Part shown: positions 19,383 to 28,813 of the stretch, in pieces
Position numbering within the stretch: position 1 is the stretch's first letter
Layout of the letters: the number at the start of each line of letters is the position of its first letter
Assembly: GCA_019414265.1 (NCBI GenBank)
Contig: DXMJ01000008.1
Span: forward strand, 8,540-72,539
DNA length: 64,000 bases
Origin: Collinsella sp.
Lineage (GTDB): Bacteria; Actinomycetota; Coriobacteriia; Coriobacteriales; Coriobacteriaceae
Reading direction: 5' to 3'
Program-made: the position numbers and the translations under genes
Notes under the pieces: generated by a model
Told to the model about the DNA's origin: nothing
Seen by the model: the letters and a program-made list of their open reading frames with translations, nothing else
Databases searched by the model: none

Positions 19383-21283
19383 TTGAGTGTCGGGGCGTTT
19401 CCTTTAGCTATGACGGTGCCGCACCGGCACTCGACGGCGTCGATCTGAACATCGAGGATGGCGAGTTTTTCTGCATCCTCGGTGGCAATGGGTCGGGCAA
19501 GTCGACGTTTGCCAAGCATCTGAATGCACTGTTGCGGCCCGATGCGGGTACGGTATGCGTCAACGGCATGGATGCGTCCGACCCCGAGCTGGTCTACGAC
19601 ATCCGCTCGACTGCGGGCATGGTATTCCAGAATCCCGATGACCAGCTGGTGGCAACGCTTGTCGAAGATGACGTTGCGTTTGGTCCCGAAAACCTTGGCG
19701 TGCCGTCGGCACAAATTGCGCAGCGCGTGCGCGAGGCGCTGAAGGGTGTGGGCCTGGTGGGCTTTGAGCGTCACGAGACCCATGCGCTTTCGGGCGGCCA
19801 AAAGCAGCGCGTGGCGCTTGCCGGCGTGCTCGCCATGGAGCCGCGCGTGCTCATATTGGACGAGGCTTCCTCGATGCTCGATCCGCGTGGACGCAAGGGC
19901 CTCATGAAGGCTTGCCGCGCGTTGCACGATCGCGGCATGACCATCGTGATGATTACGCACTTTATGGAAGAGGCCGCCGAGGCCGATCGCGTTGCTGTCT
20001 TCCAAGCGGGCCGCGTTGCCATGCTCGGTACGCCCGAGGAAATCTTGACGCGGGCGGACGAACTTGCGCAGCTCAACCTGGATATGCCGGCGTCGTGCTG
20101 CCTAGGTAGGGCACTTCGTGAGAAGGGCGTTTCCGTTTGCGCGCAGGTGCGCGAGGCAGATATGGTCGCCGAGATTGCACAGGCTTATGCCGAGCGGAGC
20201 GGGACGAACATCGCAGGGCAGCCTTCCGCATCCGATTCCCATGTGCTTGACAATGGATCCTCTGCAACCGACGGGACAGCCGTGTCGGAGCCCGTCATCG
20301 AGATTTCGCACCTCTCGCATAGTTACTCGCTGAGTGCCCGCGAGCGCCGCCGCTGGCATAAGCGCTCGGTCACTGCGGGCAAATCGAGCAAACAGGCTCT
20401 CTGGGGAAACGACCCCAGCAGCCCGTGGGCGCTGCGCGATGTATCGCTGACGGTGCGTCGCGGCGAGTTCCTGGGCTTGGCAGGTCATACCGGTTCGGGT
20501 AAGTCGACGCTGGTCCAGCATCTCAACGGTTTGATTCGCCCCCAGGAGGGATCCGTTCGCGCGCTGGGGCTCGACCTATCAAACAAGAAAGACGCCGCTG
20601 CGGTTAAGGCCAAGGTCGGCGTGGTATTTCAGTATCCTGAGCGTCAGCTGTTTGCCGAAACCGTGGCGCAGGACGTGGCGTTTGGTCCGCACAACCTTGG
20701 CTTGTCGCAAGATGAAGTCGACCGTCGTGTCGAGTCATCACTCTCGCGCGTGGGCCTCGATCTTTCCACGGTCGGCGACAAGAGCCCCTTTGAGCTTTCG
20801 GGCGGCCAGCAGCGCCGCGTGGCGTTTGCCGGCGTGCTCGCCATGGAGCCCGAGGTGCTGGTGCTCGACGAGCCCATGGCGGGGCTCGATCCGGCTGCGC
20901 GCAGGGATTTCCTTGAGCTTATCGGTCGACTTCACCGCGAGGGCCTGACCGTTGTCATGGTTTCGCACAGCATGGATGACCTGGCAAATTGTTGTGACCG
21001 TATTGTTGTGATGAACGAGGGCGCGGTGTTTGCCGAGGGAACGCCCGTGCAGGTTTTTGCGCACGCGAACGAGCTCAAGTCGATCGGCCTGGGCGTTCCT
21101 GCCGCCCAGCGCATGGCGCTGGCGCTCGCGCAAGCCGGTGTGCCGCTCTGCTGCGACAAGCTTTATACGGTTGAGGCGCTGGCCGACGAGCTGGCCGGCT
21201 TGCTGCTGGGCTGCGCGGACGTGCCTTTGAGGGTTCCGTGTCAGGCCGGTTCCACGGCGCCCACGCGAGAGGAGGGCTGCTAA
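19379..21283 (+). CDS. ECF transporter fused double ATPase (EcfA1-A2)
   Basis: Two ABC domains: GGNGSGKST/LSGGQKQR and GHTGSGKST/SPFELSGGQQRR. Confidence 0.92.
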   Translation: MIECRGVSFSYDGAAPALDGVDLNIEDGEFFCILGGNGSGKSTFAKHLNALLRPDAGTVCVNGMDASDPELVYDIRSTAGMVFQNPDDQLVATLVEDDVAFGPENLGVPSAQIAQRVREALKGVGLVGFERHETHALSGGQKQRVALAGVLAMEPRVLILDEASSMLDPRGRKGLMKACRALHDRGMTIVMITHFMEEAAEADRVAVFQAGRVAMLGTPEEILTRADELAQLNLDMPASCCLGRALREKGVSVCAQVREADMVAEIAQAYAERSGTNIAGQPSASDSHVLDNGSSATDGTAVSEPVIEISHLSHSYSLSARERRRWHKRSVTAGKSSKQALWGNDPSSPWALRDVSLTVRRGEFLGLAGHTGSGKSTLVQHLNGLIRPQEGSVRALGLDLSNKKDAAAVKAKVGVVFQYPERQLFAETVAQDVAFGPHNLGLSQDEVDRRVESSLSRVGLDLSTVGDKSPFELSGGQQRRVAFAGVLAMEPEVLVLDEPMAGLDPAARRDFLELIGRLHREGLTVVMVSHSMDDLANCCDRIVVMNEGAVFAEGTPVQVFAHANELKSIGLGVPAAQRMALALAQAGVPLCCDKLYTVEALADELAGLLLGCADVPLRVPCQAGSTAPTREEGC

Positions 21284-22083
21284 TGGAGGCGTTCTCATTT
21301 GGCAGCTACTATCCCGGGGATAGCGCGGTGCATCGCCTGGATCCGCGCACTAAGCTGCTCCTAGGTTTCGCATTTCTGATCACCGTGCTCACTGTCGGAA
21401 TCTTCCGCGGGTTGGTTCCGGTCGCAATGTTTGTCGTGCTGGTCTATGTCGCAGCCCGAGTGCCGTTGCGCCGGGTCCTATCATCGATGGCACCATTGCT
21501 GGCGATTGTCGTGGTGGTCGCGGTGCTCAACCTGTTTTCCGACCAGAGTGGCCGCATCCTGTGGCAGCTTGGCTTTTTGCAGGTGAGCGAGGGCTCGCTG
21601 CGTTCTGCGGCGTTTGTGGCGTGCCGCCTGACGTTGATGATGGCCGGCATGAGCGCCATTACACTCACCACGCCGACGCTCGACCTCACCGCGGGCTTTG
21701 AACGTCTGCTCGCACCATTTGCGCGCGTGGGGCTTCCGGCGCACGAGCTCGGCATGATTATGGGTATCGCGCTGCGGTTTATGCCGCAATTTGCCACCGA
21801 GATGAAACAGACGGCCGATGCACAGGCAAGTCGCGGCGCGCGCGTGACGGGCGGTCCGCTCGGCGGTGTGCGCATGCTCGGCAGTGTGGCGATTCCGCTG
21901 TTCACCGGCGTGTTCCGTCATGCCGAGACGCTTTCGGCCGCCATGGATGCGCGCTGTTATCACGGCGAGCGGGGACGCACGCGTCTGCATGCGCTTGCGT
22001 TTGGCCGGGGGGATGTACTGGCAGCGCTGGCGATGGCGCTGCTGGTGACATGCGTTGTCGTTATCAATCTTCAACTCGTCTAA
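21283..22083 (+). CDS. ecfT: ECF transporter transmembrane component T
   Basis: HRLDPRTKL, IALRFMP, AQASRG and AMDARCY motifs; TAATG coupling to the ATPase gene. Confidence 0.9.
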   Translation: MEAFSFGSYYPGDSAVHRLDPRTKLLLGFAFLITVLTVGIFRGLVPVAMFVVLVYVAARVPLRRVLSSMAPLLAIVVVVAVLNLFSDQSGRILWQLGFLQVSEGSLRSAAFVACRLTLMMAGMSAITLTTPTLDLTAGFERLLAPFARVGLPAHELGMIMGIALRFMPQFATEMKQTADAQASRGARVTGGPLGGVRMLGSVAIPLFTGVFRHAETLSAAMDARCYHGERGRTRLHALAFGRGDVLAALAMALLVTCVVVINLQLV

Positions 22084-22113
22084 GCTCGATTCGAGCGCAA
22101 GAAAGGGGTCTCT

Positions 22114-22560
22114 ATGACCGACACCGATCGCACGGCTCAGCTCGAGCGCGCCTGCTCGTATCTCAGGCGCATTCCGGCGTGGTATCTTGCCACGACCGAT
22201 GCGAGCGACGGGCATCAGCCCCGCGTGAGGCCGTTTTCGTTTGCCATGGTCGATGATGGCAAGCTGTGGTTTTGCACGTCGCGCGACAAGGACGTGTGGG
22301 CGGAGTTGAGCGCGAATCCCAAGTTTGAGGTATCGGGCTGGAAGCCGGGGGAGTGCTGGATCGTGTTAACTGGCGAGGCCGCGCTCGAGGACGATGCATT
22401 CGTGAGCGACAAGGTGCGCCAAGTGGGCTTTAAGCACATGGTGGGCATTGGCGAGCAACACGATAGCGCCAACGATGGCCGCCTTGCATTCTTCTCGGTC
22501 CGCAACATCGCCGCACGGTTCTGCGATATCGACGGCAGTGAAGAGCGCCTCGAGCTCTAA
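22114..22560 (+). CDS. Pyridoxamine 5'-phosphate oxidase-like FMN-binding protein
   Basis: WYLAT..GHQPRVRPF, LWFCT..KDVW.EL..NPKFEV. Confidence 0.8.
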   Translation: MTDTDRTAQLERACSYLRRIPAWYLATTDASDGHQPRVRPFSFAMVDDGKLWFCTSRDKDVWAELSANPKFEVSGWKPGECWIVLTGEAALEDDAFVSDKVRQVGFKHMVGIGEQHDSANDGRLAFFSVRNIAARFCDIDGSEERLEL

Positions 22561-22614
22561 TTTCCCAAATTGACTACCCATTCCAAAAAGACTGGTCAGG
22601 CGACAGGAGGAAAC

Positions 22615-23025
22615 GTGGACGGATTGAATACGGTGCTGGAGTATCTGACGTCGGTGCCGGCGTGGTATCTGGCGACGAGCGTGGGCGGGCAGCCGCATGT
22701 GCGTCCGTTCTCGTTTGCGCAGATTCAGGACGGCAAGCTGTGGTTTGTGACAGCGCGCACCAAAGATGTGTGGCAGGAGCTGCTGCAAAACCAGCGCTTT
22801 GAGGTCACGAGTTGGTGGCCGGGCCATGGTTGGTTGATCCTGCGCGGGCGTGCGGGGCTGGAAGACCGGGCTTCGAGCGAAATGCGCGAGGCCGGATGGA
22901 AGCATCTTGAGCGCTTGAGCGAGCACTATGAGGGGCCTAACGACCCCGCGCTCGTCTTCTTTAGCGTCGAGGATCCTGAGGCATTTATCTGCAATCATGA
23001 CGAATGGGTGCCGGTTGAGCTCTAG
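22615..23025 (+). CDS. Pyridoxamine 5'-phosphate oxidase-like FMN-binding protein (paralogue)
   Basis: WYLATSVGGQPHVRPF, LWFVT..KDVWQEL..N.RFEV; GTG after AGGAGG. Confidence 0.8.
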   Translation: MDGLNTVLEYLTSVPAWYLATSVGGQPHVRPFSFAQIQDGKLWFVTARTKDVWQELLQNQRFEVTSWWPGHGWLILRGRAGLEDRASSEMREAGWKHLERLSEHYEGPNDPALVFFSVEDPEAFICNHDEWVPVEL

Positions 23026-23060
23026 CCAGCTGGCTCATCCTAACAACTTAGTTTTCGCAT

Positions 23061-23118
23061 GGGCGGACCCCGTGTTGCCCGGCACCGTAAGGAGTGCCGG
23101 TCAATACGGGGCCCGCTC
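23061..23118 (+). terminator. Long hairpin ending the ECF operon (probable terminator)
   Basis: GGGCGG.CCCCGTGTTG.CCGGCAC...GTGCCGG.CAATACGGGG.CCGCTC followed by TATTT. Confidence 0.5.
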
Positions 23119-23160
23119 TATTTGTCAATTCCTTCAAGCGAATGTGTCGGGAATGTTTCA

Positions 23161-23197
23161 ATGCATGAACATGCAAGCTATTTACGTATTCATGCAT
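23161..23197 (+). promoter_or_regulatory. Tandem ARG-box-like operator
   Basis: ATGCATGAACATGCAA and TTACGTATTCATGCAT resemble TGCAT-N4-ATGCA ArgR boxes, upstream of argC. Confidence 0.6.
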
Positions 23198-23282
23198 CTT
23201 TTGGTGCTAAAGTTTCAACCCACCTCATAATGACCGCTGCGAAATGCGCATCGGTGCATAAATCGCAGACAAGGAGTCTGAT

Positions 23283-24353
23283 ATGTCTTTGAAGGTTGGA
23301 ATCGTCGGCGCGGCTGGATATGCCGGAGCCGAGCTCATTCGCCTCGTACTCGGCCATCCCGAGTTTGAACTTGTTGCCATTACGTCCAACGCCGATGCCG
23401 GCCAGCCGCTGTCCGCAGTGTATCCGAGCTTTGCTGGCGTAAGCAATCTGGTTTTCACCACGCATGACGCCCCCGAGCTCAAAAGCTGCGATGCGGTTTT
23501 TCTTGCCGTGCCGCACACGGCTGCCATGGCGCAGGTGCCCGCGCTCCTTGCCGCGGGCGTTTCCTGCTTTGATCTTTCGGCCGATTACCGTCTGAGCGAC
23601 CCGTCCGTCTTTGAGGCATGGTATGCCGCCGAGCACACGAGCCCCGAGCTGCTCAAGACCCGCGCTTTTGGCCTGCCCGAGCTGTTCTGCCAGGACTTAG
23701 AGACCGCTGCTTCCAGCCATGCCGCCGGAAAGCCCGTTTTGGTCGCTTGCGCCGGCTGCTATCCCACCGCAACGAGCCTCGCTGCCGCTCCTGCCGTGCG
23801 TGCGGGCTGGGTGGCAGAGAACGGCCCCGTAATCGTCGATGCCATTAGTGGCGTGACGGGCGCCGGTAAGTCCTGCAACGCTCGCACCCATTTTTGTAGC
23901 GCGGACGAGAACCTGGAGGCCTATGGCGTAGGCAAACATCGCCATACGCCCGAGATTGAGCAGATCCTGGACCTGACCGATCGCGTCGTCTTTACTCCGC
24001 ACTTGGCACCGCTCAAGCGCGGCCTGCTTTCCACGGTGACGATGCCGCTCGCGCCGCAGGCTCTCGACGCGTTGGCCCTTGAGGACGTCGTCGACCATTA
24101 CAAGAAGTTCTACGCCGGTCGCACCTTTGTGCGCGTGCTCGATGCCGGCCAGCAGCCCAAGACGGCTTCGGTCGTCGGCACCAACGCTGCCCAGATTGGC
24201 CTTGCGCTCAACAAGCGCGCGGGCGTGCTGGTGGCGACGGGTGCTATCGACAATCTGTGCAAGGGTGCAGCAGGCCAGGCGGTCCAGTGCGCCAACATCG
24301 TTTTTGGCTTTGACGAGCGACGAGGCTTGCCCACAGTGGCGTGCCCGGTGTAG
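23283..24353 (+). CDS. argC: N-acetyl-gamma-glutamyl-phosphate reductase
   Basis: GAAGYAG, DLSADYR, GCYPT, SGVTGAG, HRHTPEI and DNLCKGAAGQAVQ motifs. Confidence 0.96.
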   Translation: MSLKVGIVGAAGYAGAELIRLVLGHPEFELVAITSNADAGQPLSAVYPSFAGVSNLVFTTHDAPELKSCDAVFLAVPHTAAMAQVPALLAAGVSCFDLSADYRLSDPSVFEAWYAAEHTSPELLKTRAFGLPELFCQDLETAASSHAAGKPVLVACAGCYPTATSLAAAPAVRAGWVAENGPVIVDAISGVTGAGKSCNARTHFCSADENLEAYGVGKHRHTPEIEQILDLTDRVVFTPHLAPLKRGLLSTVTMPLAPQALDALALEDVVDHYKKFYAGRTFVRVLDAGQQPKTASVVGTNAAQIGLALNKRAGVLVATGAIDNLCKGAAGQAVQCANIVFGFDERRGLPTVACPV

Positions 24354-24488
24354 CACATTCGATTGTTAACGATTTGGTAGTCGGGTATCGAGTTGGGCGC
24401 CACTTTTAAGCTGGTCTACTAATTGCGACCGGTATGGCGTGTCAGCCGATGCCCGCTTTTTTATTTGATATAAGGAGTCGTAGGGACG

Positions 24489-25757
24489 ATGGATACCGAC
24501 CTGATTGATATTAAGATTCGCGCCGTCGAGGGTGGCGTTACGGCGGCAGCTGGCTTTAAGGCCGCAGGCATCCATGCGGGATTCCGGAAGAATCCCGAGC
24601 GATTGGACTATGCGCTCGTCGTGCCCGATAAGCCCTGTCCCGGCGCCGGCGTGTTTACGAGCAACCGCTTTTGCGCGGCGCCCGTGCAGGTGAGTCGTGT
24701 CAACCTGGGCGGTGCGGACAAGGGCTATGGCAACATCGCCGGCGTTTCAATCAACTCCGGCAACGCGAATGCCGCCACGGGCGAGACCGGCCTTGCCTGC
24801 GCGCGAGAGACATGCAATATCGCGTCGCAGGTCATCGGCTGTGAACCCCAGCAGATCCTAGTTGCATCCACAGGCGTGATTGGACAGATTTTGCCGATCG
24901 ACACGTTTGAGGCAGCCGTCCCGTCCGCCTACGAGGCGCTCTCTGCCCATGGCGGTGCCGATGCGGCCCGTGCCATCATGACGACCGATACGCATTCCAA
25001 GGAGTATGCCGTTCGCTATCGCAGCGAGGCTGCGGGCCATGCGGGCAACGCTTATACGGTGGGCGGCATGTGCAAGGGCTCGGGCATGATCATGCCCAAT
25101 ATGGCCACCATGATCGCGGTCATTACTACCGATGCCCCCGTCGAGCCGGCGGCGCTCCACACCTTACTGCTCTCGACCGTTAAGCAGACCTTTAATAAGG
25201 TGACGGTCGATTCCGATACCTCGACCAACGACACCTGCATCATGCTTGCTTCTGGCGCTGCTGCCGCTGATACCGAGGCTATCGTCGAGGGCACTGATGC
25301 CTTTGACGAACTGTCCTTTGCCGTGCACGAGGTGTGCGAGAGCCTGGCGCGCAACATTGCGGCCGATGGCGAGGGTGCGTCAAAGCTCGTGACGGTTAAC
25401 GTCGCCGGCGCCGCCAACGACGAGGAAGCCGATATCGCCGCCCGCGCCGTCGCCAATTCGCCGCTCGTCAAGACCTGCATCGCCGGCCACGACTGCAACT
25501 GGGGCCGCGTCGCCATGGCGCTTGGCAAGTGCGGCGTGAAGTTTAATCAGGAAGACGTTTCCATCGACATGATGGGCATGCCCGTCTGTCGCGATGGTCT
25601 GACCGTTCCCTTTGACGAGGACGAGGCTCTGCGACGTTTTGAGGCGCCCGAGATCGTGATCTCGGCCGACCTGGGCGCAGGCGATGCGGCAACGACCGTG
25701 TGGACCTGCGACCTCACGCACGAGTACATCTCCATCAACGGTGACTACCGTTCCTAG
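24489..25757 (+). CDS. argJ: Ornithine acetyltransferase / N-acetylglutamate synthase
   Basis: NSGNANAATG, IMTTDT, KGSGMIMPNMATM, DTSTND and INGDYRS motifs. Confidence 0.96.
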   Translation: MDTDLIDIKIRAVEGGVTAAAGFKAAGIHAGFRKNPERLDYALVVPDKPCPGAGVFTSNRFCAAPVQVSRVNLGGADKGYGNIAGVSINSGNANAATGETGLACARETCNIASQVIGCEPQQILVASTGVIGQILPIDTFEAAVPSAYEALSAHGGADAARAIMTTDTHSKEYAVRYRSEAAGHAGNAYTVGGMCKGSGMIMPNMATMIAVITTDAPVEPAALHTLLLSTVKQTFNKVTVDSDTSTNDTCIMLASGAAAADTEAIVEGTDAFDELSFAVHEVCESLARNIAADGEGASKLVTVNVAGAANDEEADIAARAVANSPLVKTCIAGHDCNWGRVAMALGKCGVKFNQEDVSIDMMGMPVCRDGLTVPFDEDEALRRFEAPEIVISADLGAGDAATTVWTCDLTHEYISINGDYRS

Positions 25758-25838
25758 ATTCCAGGCACGCTGCGCATCTTGCCGCGATTGCGGACGGCGG
25801 AGCACGGCACGATAACGATACGAAAGACGAGGCAGATT

Positions 25839-26819
25839 ATGAAATTCGCACGCGATTGTCGTTCGAGCGAATCCAACGAAGCAACCGCGCAGCTGCTGTT
25901 CGAAGCGCTGCCGTGGATTAAAAACCTGACCGGCAAGACGGTCGTTATCAAGTATGGCGGAGCCGCCATGGTCGATGAGCAGCTGCGCCGCGACGTGATG
26001 AGCGACATCGTTTTGCTCAAGATCATCGGTATGCGCCCCGTCATCGTGCATGGCGGCGGCAAGGCCATCAACGAGGCGCTGAGCCATTACGATATTCCCG
26101 TCGAGTTTAAGAACGGCCAGCGCGTGACCACGCCGGCGACTATGGATATCGTGCGCGAGGTGCTGGGCGGCAAGGTTAACCAGGAGCTGGTCGCCGCCAT
26201 CAACCACCACGGCAACCTGGCCGTAGGCGTGTCGGGCAGCGATGCCGGCACACTCATCGCCGAGCTGCTCGACCCCGAGCTCGGTCGCGTGGGCAAAGTG
26301 ACGCACGTCAACACCGACTATATCGAGCGCTTGCTCGATAGCGAGTACATTCCCGTTATCGCTACCGTCGCGGCGGGGGAGGACGGTGGATTCTTCAACA
26401 TCAATGCCGACACCGCTGCCGGTGCCGTTGCGGCGGCGCTTCACGCGCATAAGGCGATTTTTTTGACCGATGTCGACGGCCTGTACAAGGATTTTAGCGA
26501 CAAGGACTCGCTTATCTCCAACCTGACGCTCGACGAGGTCAACGAGATGCTCTACGGCGGAGAAGTCGACAAGGGTATGATTCCCAAGCTGCGCGCCGCC
26601 GTCGATGCGCTTGCTGCTGGCGTGTTCCGAGCCCACATCATCAACGGCACGACGCCGCACTCGCTGCTGCTGGAGTTGCTGACCGATGCTGGCGTCGGTA
26701 CCGTGATCCACTCCACCGAGACGGCCTACGAGTTCGATACGCATCCGCATCCGCTTTCGACGTTTGCGGCGCGTCTGACCGAGAACCTCGACGAGGTCGA
26801 GAAGCTCCAGACGGTCTAG
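25839..26819 (+). CDS. argB: Acetylglutamate kinase
   Basis: VIKYGGAAM, VHGGG, NINADTAA, LTDVDG and GMIPK motifs. Confidence 0.96.
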   Translation: MKFARDCRSSESNEATAQLLFEALPWIKNLTGKTVVIKYGGAAMVDEQLRRDVMSDIVLLKIIGMRPVIVHGGGKAINEALSHYDIPVEFKNGQRVTTPATMDIVREVLGGKVNQELVAAINHHGNLAVGVSGSDAGTLIAELLDPELGRVGKVTHVNTDYIERLLDSEYIPVIATVAAGEDGGFFNINADTAAGAVAAALHAHKAIFLTDVDGLYKDFSDKDSLISNLTLDEVNEMLYGGEVDKGMIPKLRAAVDALAAGVFRAHIINGTTPHSLLLELLTDAGVGTVIHSTETAYEFDTHPHPLSTFAARLTENLDEVEKLQTV

Positions 26820-26888
26820 CCGACCCGCGGTCGTCGCGTCCCTGCACCCATAGCCCTGCGCCGTACGGCGCCCAACGAAAGGCATCTC

Positions 26889-28172
26889 ATGTCACTTGCA
26901 ACTCAGCAATCACTCGAATCCCATTACGTTATGCATACCTTTGGTCGCTCGCCGGTAGAGTTTGTCGAAGGTCACGGTATGAAGCTCATCGGTGACGATG
27001 GTCGTGAGTATCTCGACTTTCTCGCTGGTATCGGTGTGTGCAGCCTTGGCCACGGCAACCCTGCAGTGCTCTCGGCGCTCGAGGCTCAGACCAAAAAGCT
27101 TCTGCATGTGTCTAACTACTTCTACATCGAGCAGCGTGGACAGGTCGCGGCGCTGCTGTCCAAGCTTGCCAACGACGACGTAGATGGTGCGTGCGTGCTG
27201 GCCGATGCCATTGCCGCCGGCGATGAGACCACGGCCGCTGCGCTCGGTGCCCCGGCTGCGGACGAGCAGGTGTGGGAGACGTTCTTTGCCAATTCTGGTG
27301 CCGAAGCCAACGAGGGCTCGATGAAGCTCGCGCGTCTGTACGCCAAGCGTGCTGGTAACGGCGGCAACACCATCGTATGCATGCGTGGCGGCTTCCACGG
27401 CCGTACGCTCGAGACCATTGCCGCCACCATGCAGGATCGGCTACAGGACAGTTTCCGTCCGCTGCCGGGTGGCTTTGTGGCCTGTACGCCCAACGATGTC
27501 GACGAACTGCGTTCGATCTTTAAGCAGCTGGGAAGCGAGGTCTGCGCCGTCATGCTCGAGCCGATTCAGGGCGAGAGCGGCGTGCACCCCATGACCGAGG
27601 AGTTTATGGCGGCGGCGCGCGACTTGGCACACGAGGTGGGCGCCGTTCTTATCGCCGACGAGGTCCAGTGTGGCATCTTCCGCTCCGGCAAGCCGTTTGC
27701 ATTCCAGACCTATGGCGTGGAGCCCGACATTATGAGCCTTGCCAAGGGCATTGCCGATGGCGTGCCCATGGGTGCCGTGGTGGCAAAGAAGGAGATCGCC
27801 GACGTGTTTAAGCCGGGTGACCACGGCTCGACCTTTGGCGGTAGCTGCTTGGCTGTCGCGGCGTGCGCCGCGACGCTCTCTGCGCTCGTGCGCGGCGATT
27901 TTGCCGAGCATGTTGCCAAGGTGGGTGCTTATATGGAGCAGGCGCTGGCTAAGCTTCCGCATGTGGTAGAGGTGCGTGGTCGCGGCCTGATGCTCGGCTG
28001 CGATTTGGATGATGCCGCGGGTGATGCACACGACGTCGTGGCCCGTGCATTGGGGGCTGGTGCCGTGATCAACGCTACAGGCGCACATACGCTGCGCTTC
28101 CTGCCGCCGCTCGTGTGCGAAGAGGCCGACGTGGACAACCTGATCGAGATCCTGGCGGGTGTTTTGGCTTAG
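26889..28172 (+). CDS. argD: Acetylornithine aminotransferase
   Basis: NSGAEANE, FHGRT, EPIQGESG, DEVQCG, LAKG and HGSTFGG motifs. Confidence 0.94.
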   Translation: MSLATQQSLESHYVMHTFGRSPVEFVEGHGMKLIGDDGREYLDFLAGIGVCSLGHGNPAVLSALEAQTKKLLHVSNYFYIEQRGQVAALLSKLANDDVDGACVLADAIAAGDETTAAALGAPAADEQVWETFFANSGAEANEGSMKLARLYAKRAGNGGNTIVCMRGGFHGRTLETIAATMQDRLQDSFRPLPGGFVACTPNDVDELRSIFKQLGSEVCAVMLEPIQGESGVHPMTEEFMAAARDLAHEVGAVLIADEVQCGIFRSGKPFAFQTYGVEPDIMSLAKGIADGVPMGAVVAKKEIADVFKPGDHGSTFGGSCLAVAACAATLSALVRGDFAEHVAKVGAYMEQALAKLPHVVEVRGRGLMLGCDLDDAAGDAHDVVARALGAGAVINATGAHTLRFLPPLVCEEADVDNLIEILAGVLA

Positions 28173-28284
28173 CGCTATTAGGCATAGCAATTTGAAGCGG
28201 GCTCCAGACCGTCACGTGCCGTTTGGCACACGATTGGGCGAACTGGAGCCCGTTTTGCTATCGATTTACCATGGCCGGGATGGG

Positions 28285-28508
28285 CCGTGTGCAAAAAGTG
28301 GTAAATATGAGTACGGGCACTAACTTCGTAACATATAAATTAGTTGTTTTTAGACGAGTTGGGCCACATATGTCCAGTTTTGTAGTTGGCAAATTGGCTT
28401 AACTGGACTATCGATCGTCTTTCTAATGCCGGATTTGCCTTTTATGACTTCGAAAACGCTGCTACTAAAAAGGTAGCAGTACTCATATTTGGCATTTTTT
28501 GCACACGG
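28285..28508. mobile_element. MITE-like element with 30 bp terminal inverted repeats
   Basis: CCGTGTGCAAAAAGTGGTAAATATGAGTAC (28285-28314) matches the reverse complement of 28479-28508 at 27/30 positions; AT-rich interior; no TSD seen. Confidence 0.5.
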
Positions 28509-28680
28509 GTATTCGCCAGGGGTCCATTTTGCCGCCCGCGCTTCACTTCGCTACTTCGCTCCTCGCGTGCTGCGCTGGAAAACGCTTCGCGTTTCCTCAG
28601 CTCCGCACCCTTGCGGGTTCGAATCCCATGCGATGGGCCCAAAAACGAAAGGCCCCATAGCTGGGAGCCTATCAAATCAG

Positions 28681-28756
28681 TGGTGGGCGATGAGGGATTC
28701 GAACCCCCAGCCTTGTGCGTGTAAAGCACCTGCGCTAACCGTTGCGCCAATCGCCC
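28681..28756 (-). tRNA. tRNA-Val(TAC)
   Basis: GGGCGATTGGCGCAACGGTTAGCGCAGGTGCTTTACACGCACAAGGCTGGGGGTTCGAATCCCTCATCGCCCACCA; cloverleaf, anticodon TAC, encoded CCA; one G-A mismatch at the top of the anticodon stem. Confidence 0.93.
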
Positions 28757-28813
28757 GCAGGGATTGAGTATAGCGGAAACCCTGCGTGGTTCACCGCTAA
28801 TTCATAACGAAAA

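Noticed and set aside
28600..28645. Possible additional tRNA on the + strand (GGGTTCGAATCCC)
   Set aside because: No acceptor stem, D-arm or anticodon arm can be built; only a T-arm-like segment.
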